Origin: a virus
Taxonomy: Duplodnaviria; Caudoviricetes
Virus record (IMG/VR): IMGVR_UViG_3300017774_005006
Coordinates: 1 to 31,859 of that record
Reading direction: 5' to 3' (one strand)
Length of the DNA stretch: 31,859 nucleotides
Each line of letters begins with the position of its first letter. Positions within the stretch are counted from its first letter, which is position 1. A program made the translations under genes and the position numbers. The notes below the pieces were generated by a model that saw nothing but the letters and a program-made list of their open reading frames with translations, was not told where the DNA came from and ran no database searches. This document shows positions 12,887 through 22,844 of the stretch, piece by piece.

Positions 12887-14689
12887 TCAACCCCGCAAGA
12901 GCACAGACATGCGCGATTGACCGGAAGAAAGAACCGGCGACACGCTGCCGGTGTTGGCGGTAACCCAAAGCGTCAGCACATCGCCGTTTTCCAGCGCCAG
13001 CAGCGTGGAACCGCCGCCAGCGCTTGCGTTGCTTGCGTTGATTGACGCAAGCGGCCAAGTAGCCCTTCCGGTGCCGTTAACCCGAACCTCAACAAAGCCG
13101 CCCGCCGCAATGCCTGATGCCGCGCTAACGTAAACATCCGCGCTGATTTCGTAAAGTTGCGTGCCTGGTGTTGGAATCGTGAAATCCCCGCCAGACTGAA
13201 ACCCTCTGTTGTCGATGGACTCCACATCCCACGCGGCCTTAACCGCCGTGCCAGCAGTCAGAGCCTGATTGGTTGCCCGCGAAACTAGCGCAGCAACAGC
13301 GGCGGAATCGTTCAGCGAACTAGGGCCGGTGGGCGCGAAGTTGTCGCGCAGGTAAAGCTGGCCGAGCGCGGCGTTGTTGCTCACCAGCGTTACGCCGTAG
13401 TCCCCGGGGAAATAGTTGTTCGTGACGAAGTTAGCCCCGGAGCCCGCGCCGCTGTCGTTGTAGATCCAGCAATCAATGACGCCGCCGACAAACTGCATGC
13501 CCTTGCAGCCTTGGAACCAAATGGGCCCCGTAGAGCCGCCGTTACCGTAGGCGTGGCACGCAACGAAGGTGTGCCCATTGGTCACTCCAGTGGCCCAAAT
13601 GTTGGCTGAGTTGTTGTGGTTGATGTTCACACCCACATACATGCCGTGGCAGTGGTTCGCGCCAGCCAGTAGCCGCACGCCCGTCGTGTTGTCCACGATG
13701 CTTCCGCCAATGGTGGTGTTATTGCCAGCAGCCTCAACCGACCCAGTAACGCAGCCGCTGGCGTTAAAGTTCGTCCAAGTGTTGTATTCGGCTCCCGCGC
13801 CAGCATCAATCTGGCGCCCCACGGTGCAGTCAAAGGCCGCGCAGTCGGTGAACTGCCCCCGGTCGCCCCTAACTCCGGGGTTATTGACGCCGTCCAACCA
13901 GATGCCCTTGCCCTTGAAGTTGCGGGCCGTGACGCCTTCCACGCGGTACTTCTTGCAATCGGTGATGTAAAGGCCGGTTTCGGCCTTGGTGTCTGCCGAC
14001 ACAAGAGTGCCGCGAAGCGTCACGCTGCCGATGATTCGCCAGCCGGTTTTCCCGTTGGCGCGGAGAATGTTTTTCGTTTCGTCGGTGTGCTTGATGTCGG
14101 CGCCTTGGAACTCCCAGGTTTGGTTGTCCAAAATGTCGATCTGGTCGTTGATCAAGTATTTGAAGCCGGGCACCCGCACATGCAGCGACGCGGCTTGTGC
14201 CGCAATAAACGCCGAGGTGACATCCACAGCCTGCGTGCCGGCCAGCACGTCAGCGAGTTGTGCGCTGCTCATGAAGTCCAGGGGCGTGACCACCTCGCGC
14301 AGCTTTGCAAGTGCAGTGCGCGACACGGCGCCCACTCCAGCCTGCTGGTACCCCACCAGCGCCGCGCCTTTGCCGGACGCGGTGCTGGCGAGGTCGGCGC
14401 GCAACGTGTTGGTGATCGACTCAGGATCGGTCACGTTGTCCACCGTCCAAATGATCACGTCAGCGGCATCACGCAAGACCACCTTGTAGGAGCCCTGCCA
14501 GAAGATCGTGGCTTCGCCTCGGGCGTCCAGAATCACCGGGTTGGTGTTGGGCGTGGTGCCGGCCGCATCGGCAAAGGTCGGGCGCGGGGTGTTGGTGCCG
14601 GCGTCGTAGGTGTAGAGCCGGCCGCCTACCAGCGGGACGCCGGCCGAGGTGACGAAGCTCTGTTTGCCTTCCGGGCTGAGTGCGGGCAT
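12887..14689 (-). CDS. Tailspike: head-binding N-terminus, beta-helix depolymerase-like body, beta-sandwich C-terminus
   Basis: GGRLYTYDAGTNTP...TNPVILDARGEA head-binding segment; neck RTALAKLREVVTPLDF; Gly/Asn-rich beta-helix-like repeats. Confidence 0.85.
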   Translation of the reverse strand: MPALSPEGKQSFVTSAGVPLVGGRLYTYDAGTNTPRPTFADAAGTTPNTNPVILDARGEATIFWQGSYKVVLRDAADVIIWTVDNVTDPESITNTLRADLASTASGKGAALVGYQQAGVGAVSRTALAKLREVVTPLDFMSSAQLADVLAGTQAVDVTSAFIAAQAASLHVRVPGFKYLINDQIDILDNQTWEFQGADIKHTDETKNILRANGKTGWRIIGSVTLRGTLVSADTKAETGLYITDCKKYRVEGVTARNFKGKGIWLDGVNNPGVRGDRGQFTDCAAFDCTVGRQIDAGAGAEYNTWTNFNASGCVTGSVEAAGNNTTIGGSIVDNTTGVRLLAGANHCHGMYVGVNINHNNSANIWATGVTNGHTFVACHAYGNGGSTGPIWFQGCKGMQFVGGVIDCWIYNDSGAGSGANFVTNNYFPGDYGVTLVSNNAALGQLYLRDNFAPTGPSSLNDSAAVAALVSRATNQALTAGTAVKAAWDVESIDNRGFQSGGDFTIPTPGTQLYEISADVYVSAASGIAAGGFVEVRVNGTGRATWPLASINASNASAGGGSTLLALENGDVLTLWVTANTGSVSPVLSSGQSRMSVLLRG

Positions 14690-14707
14690 GCTTGGGACTC
14701 CAAAATG

Positions 14708-14733
14708 AAAAAAGCCCGCACAAAGGCGGGCTT
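14708..14733 (-). terminator. Terminator-like hairpin upstream of the tailspike RBS
   Basis: AAGCCCGC-CTTTGT-GCGGGCTTTTTT. Confidence 0.7.
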
Positions 14734-14748
14734 GGGTGTCATCACGCG

Positions 14749-14892
14749 ATGGACTACATCGAGTTCAAGTTGTGGCTACTGGGCGGCGGGATGGTGGTGG
14801 TCTTCCTCGCCCACTTTGTCTACCGCCTGATCACTGGCCGGTCGCTGGAAGAATTGGCGCCGCGCGATACGCAAGAGCGCCGGCCGGATTGA
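14749..14892 (+). CDS. Small antisense single-TM protein (moron-like)
   Basis: MDYIEFKLWLLGGGMVVVFLAHFVYRLITGR; opposite strand, overlaps the 3' end of the ejection gene. Confidence 0.4.
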   Translation: MDYIEFKLWLLGGGMVVVFLAHFVYRLITGRSLEELAPRDTQERRPD

Positions 14893-16882
14893 GCAACTGA
14901 GACAGGCGCGGGTTTGAGCCGGCCTGCTCAAGCAACAGGGCGGCTTGCTGCGGGTCAAGCAAGGCTTCACCCAAGCGCTGCTGGATGGATTGATTGGCGC
15001 GGCTGTAGGGCAAGCGCAGCAGGTTCCCCAGCGTGGTTTGCATGGCCTGGGAGCCGCCAAGGTTGCCAAGGGCCGACTGCAACAGTCGATCTTGCGCCAG
15101 GTTCTGCACCGTGTTGCTGCCGCTGGCCTTGCCGGCGTTCAGCGCCAATTGCGATGCGTTCAGGTCGGCGGCCAAGTCGCGCAACTGCTGCAACTGCTTG
15201 GGCGTCAGTTGCTTGGCCAGGTTGGCGCCTTCGTTTTTCAGGATGTTGTTCAGCTTGGCGGCCGACAGCAGCAAGTTGCCCTGGGTCTCGGTGGTGCCGG
15301 TCTGAACCCGCGTCAGCACGTCTTGCAGGGCTTCCATCTGGTTGATGGGCTTTGACAATTCGCTGTACTTGGAAAGGTAGTCGCGCCAGCCCGTGGCCGG
15401 CGCTTGTGCTGCGTCGGCGGCTTGCATGGCTGCGCCTTGGCCTGCGGTGACGGGGGCTTGTCCGGCCACCACCATGCCTGTGCCTGCGGGTTGGTTCACC
15501 GGGCGGCGGCTGGCGGCTTCGATGGCGTCATCAAAGGCGCTTTGCACCTTGTCCAGCGTGCCCCGCGCAAAGCGCAGGTTTCCTGCATCACCTTGCAGCT
15601 TGCCGTTCATGGCCAAGCCAATGTCCTTGCGGATCTCGTACAGCGCGCGGGCGTCGATCTGGCCGGTTTCGCCTGCGATCTCGCGCACCTGGCCCAGCGC
15701 ACGTTGCAAGCCCGCTCGAGCGGTAGAACCAGCGTTGTTCGGGTCGGCCAGCATGCGTTCTATTTGCGCGGTGATCGCATCGGCGTCCAGCGTTCCGGCT
15801 CGCTTCAAAGCGTCTTCACGCATGGCCCCCGTTGCAGCGTCGCGGGCTTCCTTGGCTACCGTCACCGCGCCCTTGGTGCCGGCAATGCCTTCCAGTGCGG
15901 CCGTGCGCGCGGCGTTTTGGGCAGCGGTGCGCTGCGTCAGCTCGCCGGCAAAGTCGTTGCTGGCGTTCTGCAGCGTGCGCGTCAGGCCCGACAAGCCCAC
16001 GTCACCGGACGCGGCAGCGGTCAACGGCGCAGACCCTGGGATGACCTGGCGCGCGGCCTTGAGCGCAGCCACGGCGGCTTGTGGGTCATTCGCGTACTCA
16101 CGCAGCACATCGGCCACGATCTTCTGTTGCCCGCTGGCGAAGAACGGGCGCACCAAGCCTGCAAAGGCATCGCCAGTGATCCCCGCCGCTTTGAACGCAG
16201 GAGGCATCAGGCCGCCGATGATGGCGCCGGCCGTGCCGCTGTCGGGGTCAACCAAGGCAGCAGAAGTGCCGCCCGTCACTGCGCCGCCCACCATGCGCGT
16301 GCCAATGTCGGCCGCCTTGCCTGCGGTTGTGGTTGCGGCAGCGCGGCCGGTGGAAAACCCGCTGCTGCCGATGGCCTGCAAAACGGGCTCAAAGCGCGCC
16401 GCAACGCTTGGGGGCACGAAGGACAGCGCCTTGCCGCCAGCCTTTGCCAGCGCGCCGCCAACGGGCAGCGTCGCCACGACTTCCCCGGTCAGCTTGCCGG
16501 CGCCGGCGCTGATCGGGTTGGCATCGGCGTAGGGCTTCAACTCGCCGGCCAGCTTGGCGCGGCCCTGCTCTGCGTCGCGGATCAGCCAATCGGCCGCACC
16601 GCCAACGATTGAGCCCGGATCGTCGGCCAGGCGCCGCAGCCCGCGCCCGACCCAATACTGCGCGCCCAGCGCCGTGTTGCCAACGCCAGTGCCAAGGCCC
16701 GCCAGCGCCGACAGGGTTTTGCCGGGCGCCGTCACCGCAGTTGCGGTGTTGCGCGCCGCAGTTGCGGGCGCACTGGCGGCCATGTTCGGGGCGTCTGCGT
16801 TTTCGACCGGCGCATTCATCCAAGCCGGTTGTTTGGCCGGCTTTGCCCCCTCGATGGGCGCGGCTTCCCATGCGGCCGGCAT
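14831..16882 (-). CDS. DNA ejection/transfer protein (P22 gp16 position)
   Basis: 683 aa Ala/Gly-rich helical protein, third of three large genes before the tailspike. Confidence 0.7.
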   Translation of the reverse strand: MPAAWEAAPIEGAKPAKQPAWMNAPVENADAPNMAASAPATAARNTATAVTAPGKTLSALAGLGTGVGNTALGAQYWVGRGLRRLADDPGSIVGGAADWLIRDAEQGRAKLAGELKPYADANPISAGAGKLTGEVVATLPVGGALAKAGGKALSFVPPSVAARFEPVLQAIGSSGFSTGRAAATTTAGKAADIGTRMVGGAVTGGTSAALVDPDSGTAGAIIGGLMPPAFKAAGITGDAFAGLVRPFFASGQQKIVADVLREYANDPQAAVAALKAARQVIPGSAPLTAAASGDVGLSGLTRTLQNASNDFAGELTQRTAAQNAARTAALEGIAGTKGAVTVAKEARDAATGAMREDALKRAGTLDADAITAQIERMLADPNNAGSTARAGLQRALGQVREIAGETGQIDARALYEIRKDIGLAMNGKLQGDAGNLRFARGTLDKVQSAFDDAIEAASRRPVNQPAGTGMVVAGQAPVTAGQGAAMQAADAAQAPATGWRDYLSKYSELSKPINQMEALQDVLTRVQTGTTETQGNLLLSAAKLNNILKNEGANLAKQLTPKQLQQLRDLAADLNASQLALNAGKASGSNTVQNLAQDRLLQSALGNLGGSQAMQTTLGNLLRLPYSRANQSIQQRLGEALLDPQQAALLLEQAGSNPRLSQLLNPAGALAYRAAPILPATGQ

Positions 16883-18255
16883 TACGGCTTCACCCGAATG
16901 CTGCCGTCAGGCGCTTGAAAGCGCGTGCCGCTGGGCAGCCTGTCGTAATCCGAATCGGACTTGATCGGCACGGGCGCTCCTTTTCTGGCGGGCGGCTTGG
17001 GCACAGTGCGCTTTTCTTCAGGCACCTCGGCCAGCATGCCGTCAATGGCCAGCGCACGGTTTCGGGCTTTCTGAGCTAGCACCTGTTCACTGTCGCCAGG
17101 TTGGGCGAAGTACTGCATGCGGGCGTTGTTGAACTCCTCCATGGCAATAGCCGCGCCCGACTCGCGGCGCAGCACAGCGTTGATGAAATCGCGCTGCGCT
17201 TGGTCAACTTGCTGCTGTTGGGGGTTGGCTGCGGCGGTTGCAATCCGTCCGGTAACACCGTTGCCGCCCGTGACCTGCTGAGGGAAAGAAGGCGCCGTTA
17301 CCCCCTGATCGGCCAGCTCTCCAATGATCCGGTCAGATTCCTTCATGCGGGCGCCGAACAGGTTGGCCTTTGCCTGCCCCTCGGTCAGCGCCTTGAACGG
17401 CACCACGGCTTTGCCAGTGGGGTCGGTGACGGGGCGCGCAACACCCGTGCGCTTGTCGCCAACGAACAACCCAACGCCGTCAACAGGGATGAACTGCGAC
17501 TGACTCGCCGCTTCTCGCGTCCGGGCGTCAGTCATGTTCTGCCCGCGCATCGTCACGGCGTTGCTGGCGATGCTGTCGGGCGTCTGCGTTTTCTTGAACG
17601 AGGTTGGCGCACCAGGTGCGCGGGTGTTGGCGTTCATGTCCACGATTTGAGACGTGCCGCCAAAGTTCTGCATTTGCAGGTCAGGCTGCTGCGACTTGAA
17701 CATGGCATCAGCGCTTGCCACTTCGGCCGCGCGGGTCATCAGGAACGGGCGCAAGGCCTCTTGGCTTCCCGGAAGCCCACGGGCCATCTCTGCGCCTTGC
17801 TCTGGCGTGATGATTCCCAAATTCACTTGCTGGTTGATGCTTTTGTAGATGTCATCGTGCGTCACGTTGGGAAGCGCAAGCAGCGATGAGATTGCTTTTC
17901 TTGTGGCCTGCACGCGCTTCTGCAGCGTTTCAAAGTTGCGCTGGCCCGTTTGTGAGGCGGTGTTGTCAATGTCGGCCTGCGTTTTCTTGCCAGCAAGCAC
18001 CTTGCTTTCAAAGTCGTTGGCTTCGTCAAGAAAGCCGCCCTGCCGCATTGCGTCCAAGCGCTCTTCATTGGTCTTCAGGCCGGTTGTCAGATCACGCAAG
18101 CGCTGCTGCCTCTGCATGGTTTGCTGCGCTTGGGCCAACTGCTGCTCTTGCATCTGCCCACGGGTGCGCATGTCGCGCAGCTCCATGCCGCGACCAATGG
18201 CGCCGGCAACGTCCAAGGGCTGCACGCCCATGGCAATTCGGGTGTCGAGTGGCAT
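16882..18255 (-). CDS. DNA ejection/transfer protein (P22 gp20 position)
   Basis: Gln-rich helical; FINAVLRRESGAAI; synteny. Confidence 0.7.
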   Translation of the reverse strand: MPLDTRIAMGVQPLDVAGAIGRGMELRDMRTRGQMQEQQLAQAQQTMQRQQRLRDLTTGLKTNEERLDAMRQGGFLDEANDFESKVLAGKKTQADIDNTASQTGQRNFETLQKRVQATRKAISSLLALPNVTHDDIYKSINQQVNLGIITPEQGAEMARGLPGSQEALRPFLMTRAAEVASADAMFKSQQPDLQMQNFGGTSQIVDMNANTRAPGAPTSFKKTQTPDSIASNAVTMRGQNMTDARTREAASQSQFIPVDGVGLFVGDKRTGVARPVTDPTGKAVVPFKALTEGQAKANLFGARMKESDRIIGELADQGVTAPSFPQQVTGGNGVTGRIATAAANPQQQQVDQAQRDFINAVLRRESGAAIAMEEFNNARMQYFAQPGDSEQVLAQKARNRALAIDGMLAEVPEEKRTVPKPPARKGAPVPIKSDSDYDRLPSGTRFQAPDGSIRVKP

Positions 18256-18258
18256 GGC

Positions 18259-19152
18259 TCAGACCTTGGAGTAATCGACCATCAGGAAGCCATCGGCGCT
18301 GGTGGCCACGGCGTCGGGGAACTTGCGCGCCACTTCGTGCGCCATGTGCCCGATGTGCTGCGGACCGCCCCAGAGGTAGTTGTAGCGGTACAGCGGCAAG
18401 CCGTTGTCGGCCGTGCCGATCTGGGTCACGTTGGTTTTCAGGCGGCGGTCGGATGGCATGTAGCCCGCCGTTGCGCCGGCCATCGTGGCTTGGCCCAAGC
18501 GCGAGCCGATGTTGGGGGGCGGCGTGCTGCCGCCAAGTTGGCTGAGCGTCAGGTAGTTGCCAACGCCGCTGTTGATGGCGTTGGCCGTGCCCATGTAGCC
18601 AGAGCCCCGAGCGTTGGCCGCTTGCATCCCCAGCTCGCCGCGAGCCTGGGCGTTGTTGGTGCCCATCTGCGCAATGTCACGGGTCGCCGTTTGGCCGGTC
18701 TGCGCCACGCCTGCAAGCCGGTTGTAGCGGCGGTCACGGTTGGCGTTGAAGCGGTTGTAGGCGTTCGTGTACTCGTTGCTCGCAAACTCTTGGTTGTAGC
18801 GGCTCAAGGCCTTGAGGGTGCCGCCACTGAGCAGGCCGCCACGGGCTGCAGCGCTGCCCTCAATGCCGCGCATGCCTTGATCGCGCCGGAACTGATAGCC
18901 GGGGTCTTGCTCGAAGTCGGCCGCGCCGAAGTCCTGCATGTATTCGCCATCCGGGGCGATGCCTTTGGACAGTTGGCCCAGCGCAGTAACGCCGGCCTCG
19001 CGCCACGGGGCGTAGTCCAGTCGGTTCTGCTGGAACTGCGCGTCACTCAACTCAGACGCCTGATTGGCGGCGTTGGCTTGGGTCTTTGAGGCCTTGTTGG
19101 AAGCGACGGCCCCCACAACTGCGGAACCGGCTATTGCTGCGGCAATGCACAT
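18259..19152 (-). CDS. DNA pilot/ejection protein (P22 gp7-like) with C-terminal S74-type intramolecular chaperone domain
   Basis: DYAPWREAG, DPGYQF, AAARGGLLSGGT; C-terminal SDRRLKTNV...YRYNY...GHMAHEV...VDYSKV. Confidence 0.8.
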   Translation of the reverse strand: MCIAAAIAGSAVVGAVASNKASKTQANAANQASELSDAQFQQNRLDYAPWREAGVTALGQLSKGIAPDGEYMQDFGAADFEQDPGYQFRRDQGMRGIEGSAAARGGLLSGGTLKALSRYNQEFASNEYTNAYNRFNANRDRRYNRLAGVAQTGQTATRDIAQMGTNNAQARGELGMQAANARGSGYMGTANAINSGVGNYLTLSQLGGSTPPPNIGSRLGQATMAGATAGYMPSDRRLKTNVTQIGTADNGLPLYRYNYLWGGPQHIGHMAHEVARKFPDAVATSADGFLMVDYSKV

Positions 19153-19631
19153 ATGCGTTTCTCCATGACAACGTCATCGGGGGCGTACCCGATCTTTTGC
19201 AAAATGCCGAACAGCGCGCCTTTGGGGGTCACCGGCCAGGCGACCACCACAATGCCGCGCCGCTCGAACTCTTCTTCCATGCTGGCGATGAAGCTGCGCA
19301 GGCGAGCCCTTGCGGCTGGGCGCAGGTAGAACGTGTCTACGTTCGCGCACTTGACCGGCGCGTGGTGCAAGCTCTGGTGCACCACGGCAAACGAGTAGCC
19401 CTGCGCGACCCCATCAGCGTCGCGCAGCACCCATGCAATCAGGTGGTCGTTCTGCCCAAGGAACACATACCGCCCCTTGTCCGGCTGGATCTTGAAGCCG
19501 CGTTCACCGTGAAAGGAGCAGGTGTCGTGCTTGATCTCGCTGCATTCGTCCCACGACTCTTGCCCGAGCGGCAGCAGTTCGTCGAACAGCTCAGGCGTAA
19601 GGGGTTCAATGCCAATCGTCAGAGTGCTCAT
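19131..19631 (-). CDS. GNAT-like acetyltransferase (P22 gp14 position)
   Basis: GYSFAVV...ANVDTFYLRPAAR...ILQKIGY. Confidence 0.65.
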   Translation of the reverse strand: MSTLTIGIEPLTPELFDELLPLGQESWDECSEIKHDTCSFHGERGFKIQPDKGRYVFLGQNDHLIAWVLRDADGVAQGYSFAVVHQSLHHAPVKCANVDTFYLRPAARARLRSFIASMEEEFERRGIVVVAWPVTPKGALFGILQKIGYAPDDVVMEKRICALPQQ

Positions 19632-20119
19632 TGCTGCTGCTCAAAAAGGGTGAAGTCACGATCCACCGGTGGGATCTGGACGGCCCCTGAAAGGTTGTTG
19701 TTCACCACCACCTGGCGCGTGACCTCCAAGGCCTCCGCGTTGGTTTGCGTCTGCACCGCAAGGGCGGCGGTGTTGGCGTTGGCCGTGGCCGCGTCGCTCT
19801 TGGCTGCAATGACGTTGCTGCTCAAGTCCATGATGCTGGGCGCCGTTGGGCCGCCCAAGCGCTTCTCGGCCACGTACTGAAAGAACCGATACCACTCCCA
19901 GCTCATCAAGCCGTCAGCGCCCACCAGCCGAACCCGCTGCGGCGGCAGCCAGGCTTTCAGGTTCACATCGGTTTGCTGGTTGATGTTCTGGTTGGCCCGG
20001 TAGGGCGAAGCCGTGGCAAACACGCCGGCCGTGATGGCAGTCACCGCGCGGCGGTTGGCCGAAGCCACCCCACCCGAAACCCGCGCGCCCAGCAGGATCG
20101 CTGTAACTGCCGTTGCCAT
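19628..20119 (-). CDS. Tail/plug protein (P22 gp26 position)
   Basis: LMSWEWYRFF followed by a coiled-coil-like segment; TGATG coupling at 20119. Confidence 0.55.
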   Translation of the reverse strand: MATAVTAILLGARVSGGVASANRRAVTAITAGVFATASPYRANQNINQQTDVNLKAWLPPQRVRLVGADGLMSWEWYRFFQYVAEKRLGGPTAPSIMDLSSNVIAAKSDAATANANTAALAVQTQTNAEALEVTRQVVVNNNLSGAVQIPPVDRDFTLFEQQQ

Positions 20120-20703
20120 CAGAAGGGCAGCCCGATGCTGGCCGAGGTGATGCCGTGCGTGCCCTGGCTGGCGTACACGTCCTCGGTGATGCTGGACAGC
20201 ACACAGTCTGTGGAGCCCGCTGCGGTCAGATCGATGGCAACCCCGCCAGAGGTTGCGGCCACCTTGAAGCTGTCGGCGGTGGCGTCGCGCACGAAGTACA
20301 CGGTGCCCTCCACCAGCGGGGCCGGCACGGTGCCGTTGTAGAACACGATTTTTTGGCCGTCTGCGTAGCCGTGCGCGGTGGACAAGATCAGGTCGCTGGA
20401 GGGCTGACAGAAGAACTCGCGCGGGCTGCCTCCGTTGGGGCCGTAGCCCACGTAGGAAGCCCCGACCCAAAACCCCACCCAGCGCACGGTAGAGCCGGCG
20501 CCCACATCGAATGTCACCGTGCCCGTGGTGGTGCGCGATCCACCGGCAGCCGCGCCAAAGGTGACAGGCCGGCGCGCATAGGCCGGGGAGCCGCCCGACA
20601 GTTCACCCGTGCCGGTCAGGCCAGGGAAGGCACTGTGCAGGCTCATGGTGTCGGGGGACAGTGCCCCGAGCATGGTGTTCTTGGCGGCGGTGGTCAGGCT
20701 CAT
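20119..20703 (-). CDS. Virion structural protein (beta-rich)
   Basis: LSGGSPAYARRPVTF, GTVYFVR..TADSFKVA; lies in the tail cluster. Confidence 0.6.
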   Translation of the reverse strand: MSLTTAAKNTMLGALSPDTMSLHSAFPGLTGTGELSGGSPAYARRPVTFGAAAGGSRTTTGTVTFDVGAGSTVRWVGFWVGASYVGYGPNGGSPREFFCQPSSDLILSTAHGYADGQKIVFYNGTVPAPLVEGTVYFVRDATADSFKVAATSGGVAIDLTAAGSTDCVLSSITEDVYASQGTHGITSASIGLPF

Positions 20704-20706
20704 GTG

Positions 20707-22134
20707 TCAGCTCTCTACGGCAACGTCAATCGACGCGCCAACAATGGCGACCTTCACAGGGTCCGTGATGGTCAGTTCGAACACGCGATCACGGGCAAAG
20801 CCCAGCCGTCGCCAGCGCACCCGACGCAAGCGCTCGCCCATGCGGCCGATGGAAGCCCACAGTTCGTTGCTCCAAGTAAAGCCGCCGTCATCGCTCCAGC
20901 GCAACATGGCTTGCGGGTCGCTGCCCTGTCCAGTGCTCAAGCCCACGCCGGCTTCCATGTCCACCTGAAAGGCGCTGAAATACTGGCGCTTCAGGTCGGC
21001 GGCAATGTGCGAGCAGGCCCGAACGCGGGGAATCAGCGCGCCGTTGTCGGTGTAGGCGTCCAGGCTGAAGCGGTACACGTTGCCGCTCTCCCAGTCGCCC
21101 ACCAGCACGGCGTTGGCGTAGGCCATCTGGCTTTGCGTGCGGTGCCGATTCAAGCTGCCGTCAGCAGGATCGCGCCAAGCGCGTTCGTGCCAAAGGCCGG
21201 TCGAGGCGTCAAAGGCCCAGGTCTTGTTGGCCGTGGGGAAGTTCAGCACGTAGAACGCATGGCCGTCCTGCTGGTAGGTGTAGGCCACCGCGTCGTCAAT
21301 GCGGCTGTAGGTGGACAGCGCGAACTCCAGTGCGTGCGTGCTGATGCGCTGGGGCTGATACCCCGCAGCGCGCATCACCATCCCCTGCCCTCGGTCGTCG
21401 GCGGTCAGCCACACCACGGTGTTGTCCAGCTTGGCCGGGCTGTACTTGGCAGCGCACCCGACCTCAATGAACGCGCCTTGGTTGCGCTCAAAGGGGAAGT
21501 CGGGGTTGCCGCTGTTGAACCAAACCTCGGTGCTGTTCTCACCCAGCAACCAAAGCTCGCGGTGATCCACGATCAGCGTCACCAGCTTGTCTGGCGAGCC
21601 TTCGGCAGTGGCGAAGTCCAAGCCGTCAATATCAGAGCCGTAAAGCTGCGTGATCTGAAACTGGCCGGTGCCCGGTTTATTGAAAACGAAGTAACCGTCG
21701 ATAAAGTAAACCGCGTCAGCGCCGGTGAAGTCGCCGTCAGCGATGGGTGTCACCGTGCCGGCTACGGGGTTGACGAATGCCCCGACAGCGCCGGCTACCA
21801 CCATCACCAACGTCCCATTGCTTGCCATGCTCACGGGGCCGGTGCCTGCGATGGCACCAAGTGCCGTGGCAACGCCTGCGGTGGTCACGGTGTAGGCGGT
21901 GCCACCCGACACAACCAAAGCCAGGTCGGCGGTGAAGCGCAGCATGCCCCGGATGGGGCCGGTGCCGATGGCCGACCACAGCACCAGGCCGGGCGTGCCG
22001 ATCAGGGCAATGGCGGCCTTGCTGGGGCCTGGTCCGGCTTCGCTCTGCTCCACGTACAGATTCACGCACCGCTGGCTGTCTAGCGTCTTGCTGCGGGCCG
22101 TGTAGCTGCCGCCGACAAAGGGAAACAGCGCCAT
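20707..22134 (-). CDS. Tail hub / packaged-DNA stabilisation protein (P22 gp10-like)
   Basis: 475 aa; IDGYFVF, FATAEGSPD, YQQDGHAFYVLNFP, WSDDGGFTW. Confidence 0.85.
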   Translation of the reverse strand: MALFPFVGGSYTARSKTLDSQRCVNLYVEQSEAGPGPSKAAIALIGTPGLVLWSAIGTGPIRGMLRFTADLALVVSGGTAYTVTTAGVATALGAIAGTGPVSMASNGTLVMVVAGAVGAFVNPVAGTVTPIADGDFTGADAVYFIDGYFVFNKPGTGQFQITQLYGSDIDGLDFATAEGSPDKLVTLIVDHRELWLLGENSTEVWFNSGNPDFPFERNQGAFIEVGCAAKYSPAKLDNTVVWLTADDRGQGMVMRAAGYQPQRISTHALEFALSTYSRIDDAVAYTYQQDGHAFYVLNFPTANKTWAFDASTGLWHERAWRDPADGSLNRHRTQSQMAYANAVLVGDWESGNVYRFSLDAYTDNGALIPRVRACSHIAADLKRQYFSAFQVDMEAGVGLSTGQGSDPQAMLRWSDDGGFTWSNELWASIGRMGERLRRVRWRRLGFARDRVFELTITDPVKVAIVGASIDVAVES

Positions 22135-22841
22135 CAGGTGCCCGTGCGCCAGTTCATGTAACCGGCCTCGTTCAGCAAGCCCGGATCCGTGCTGCTGCGG
22201 TACTGCTGGCGGTTGCTGCGCTTGTAGTCGGCCTTGCTCTTCATGGCCGTTTCGCGCAACTGCGGATCAACCGGAACGCCGTACTCGGTCGCCAGCTCAA
22301 TGGCGAGCAGCTCGCGCAAGGCCTTTGCGGCGCCGGGCGGATAGTTGATGACGGTGGCCGTGTTCGGGATCTGCGTCAGCAGCCGGTCGGCGGTCAGCGT
22401 CAGCGGCATGGCCTGGGTGGGCACCGGCCAGAGCGTGATTCGACCCAAAGGGAAGTCGTTCACGTACAGCAACTGCTCGGGGATGGGCTGCTGCTGGGTC
22501 TTCAGGCTGACTTCGTTGTACTGAAGCTGGCCCACGATCTCCAACGGGAAATCAACCCCGCTGAAGGTGACGTAAGCCCCCGTGATGGCCATGGGACGCG
22601 ACACGTTGAAGTTGCCCGTTGGCCCGATGGTGTAGGTCGCCTGCCCGCCCACGGTCGTTACCACATCGTTTGCTTTGCCCCACAGCGCCAGCGGTTCGAC
22701 ACTCCAGTTTTCGAGGATGTCGTTCAGCATCGCCAAAGCATCGTTGGCCTCTTCGGCGGTCGGCGTTTCACCGCTGGCCAGGATCTTGGCGAGCCGGAAG
22801 CTGCGGTTGATCAAGTCGATGGCGGGCGTGGGGCTGGGCAT
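22134..22841 (-). CDS. Head-tail adaptor (P22 gp4-like)
   Basis: DLINRSFRLAKILASGETPTAEEANDALAMLNDILENW; precedes the gp10-like gene. Confidence 0.75.
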   Translation of the reverse strand: MPSPTPAIDLINRSFRLAKILASGETPTAEEANDALAMLNDILENWSVEPLALWGKANDVVTTVGGQATYTIGPTGNFNVSRPMAITGAYVTFSGVDFPLEIVGQLQYNEVSLKTQQQPIPEQLLYVNDFPLGRITLWPVPTQAMPLTLTADRLLTQIPNTATVINYPPGAAKALRELLAIELATEYGVPVDPQLRETAMKSKADYKRSNRQQYRSSTDPGLLNEAGYMNWRTGT

Positions 22842-22844
22842 GGC

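Noticed and set aside
12887-14689. Diversity-generating retroelement targeting the tailspike
   Set aside because: No reverse transcriptase and no template/variable repeat pair seen in the window
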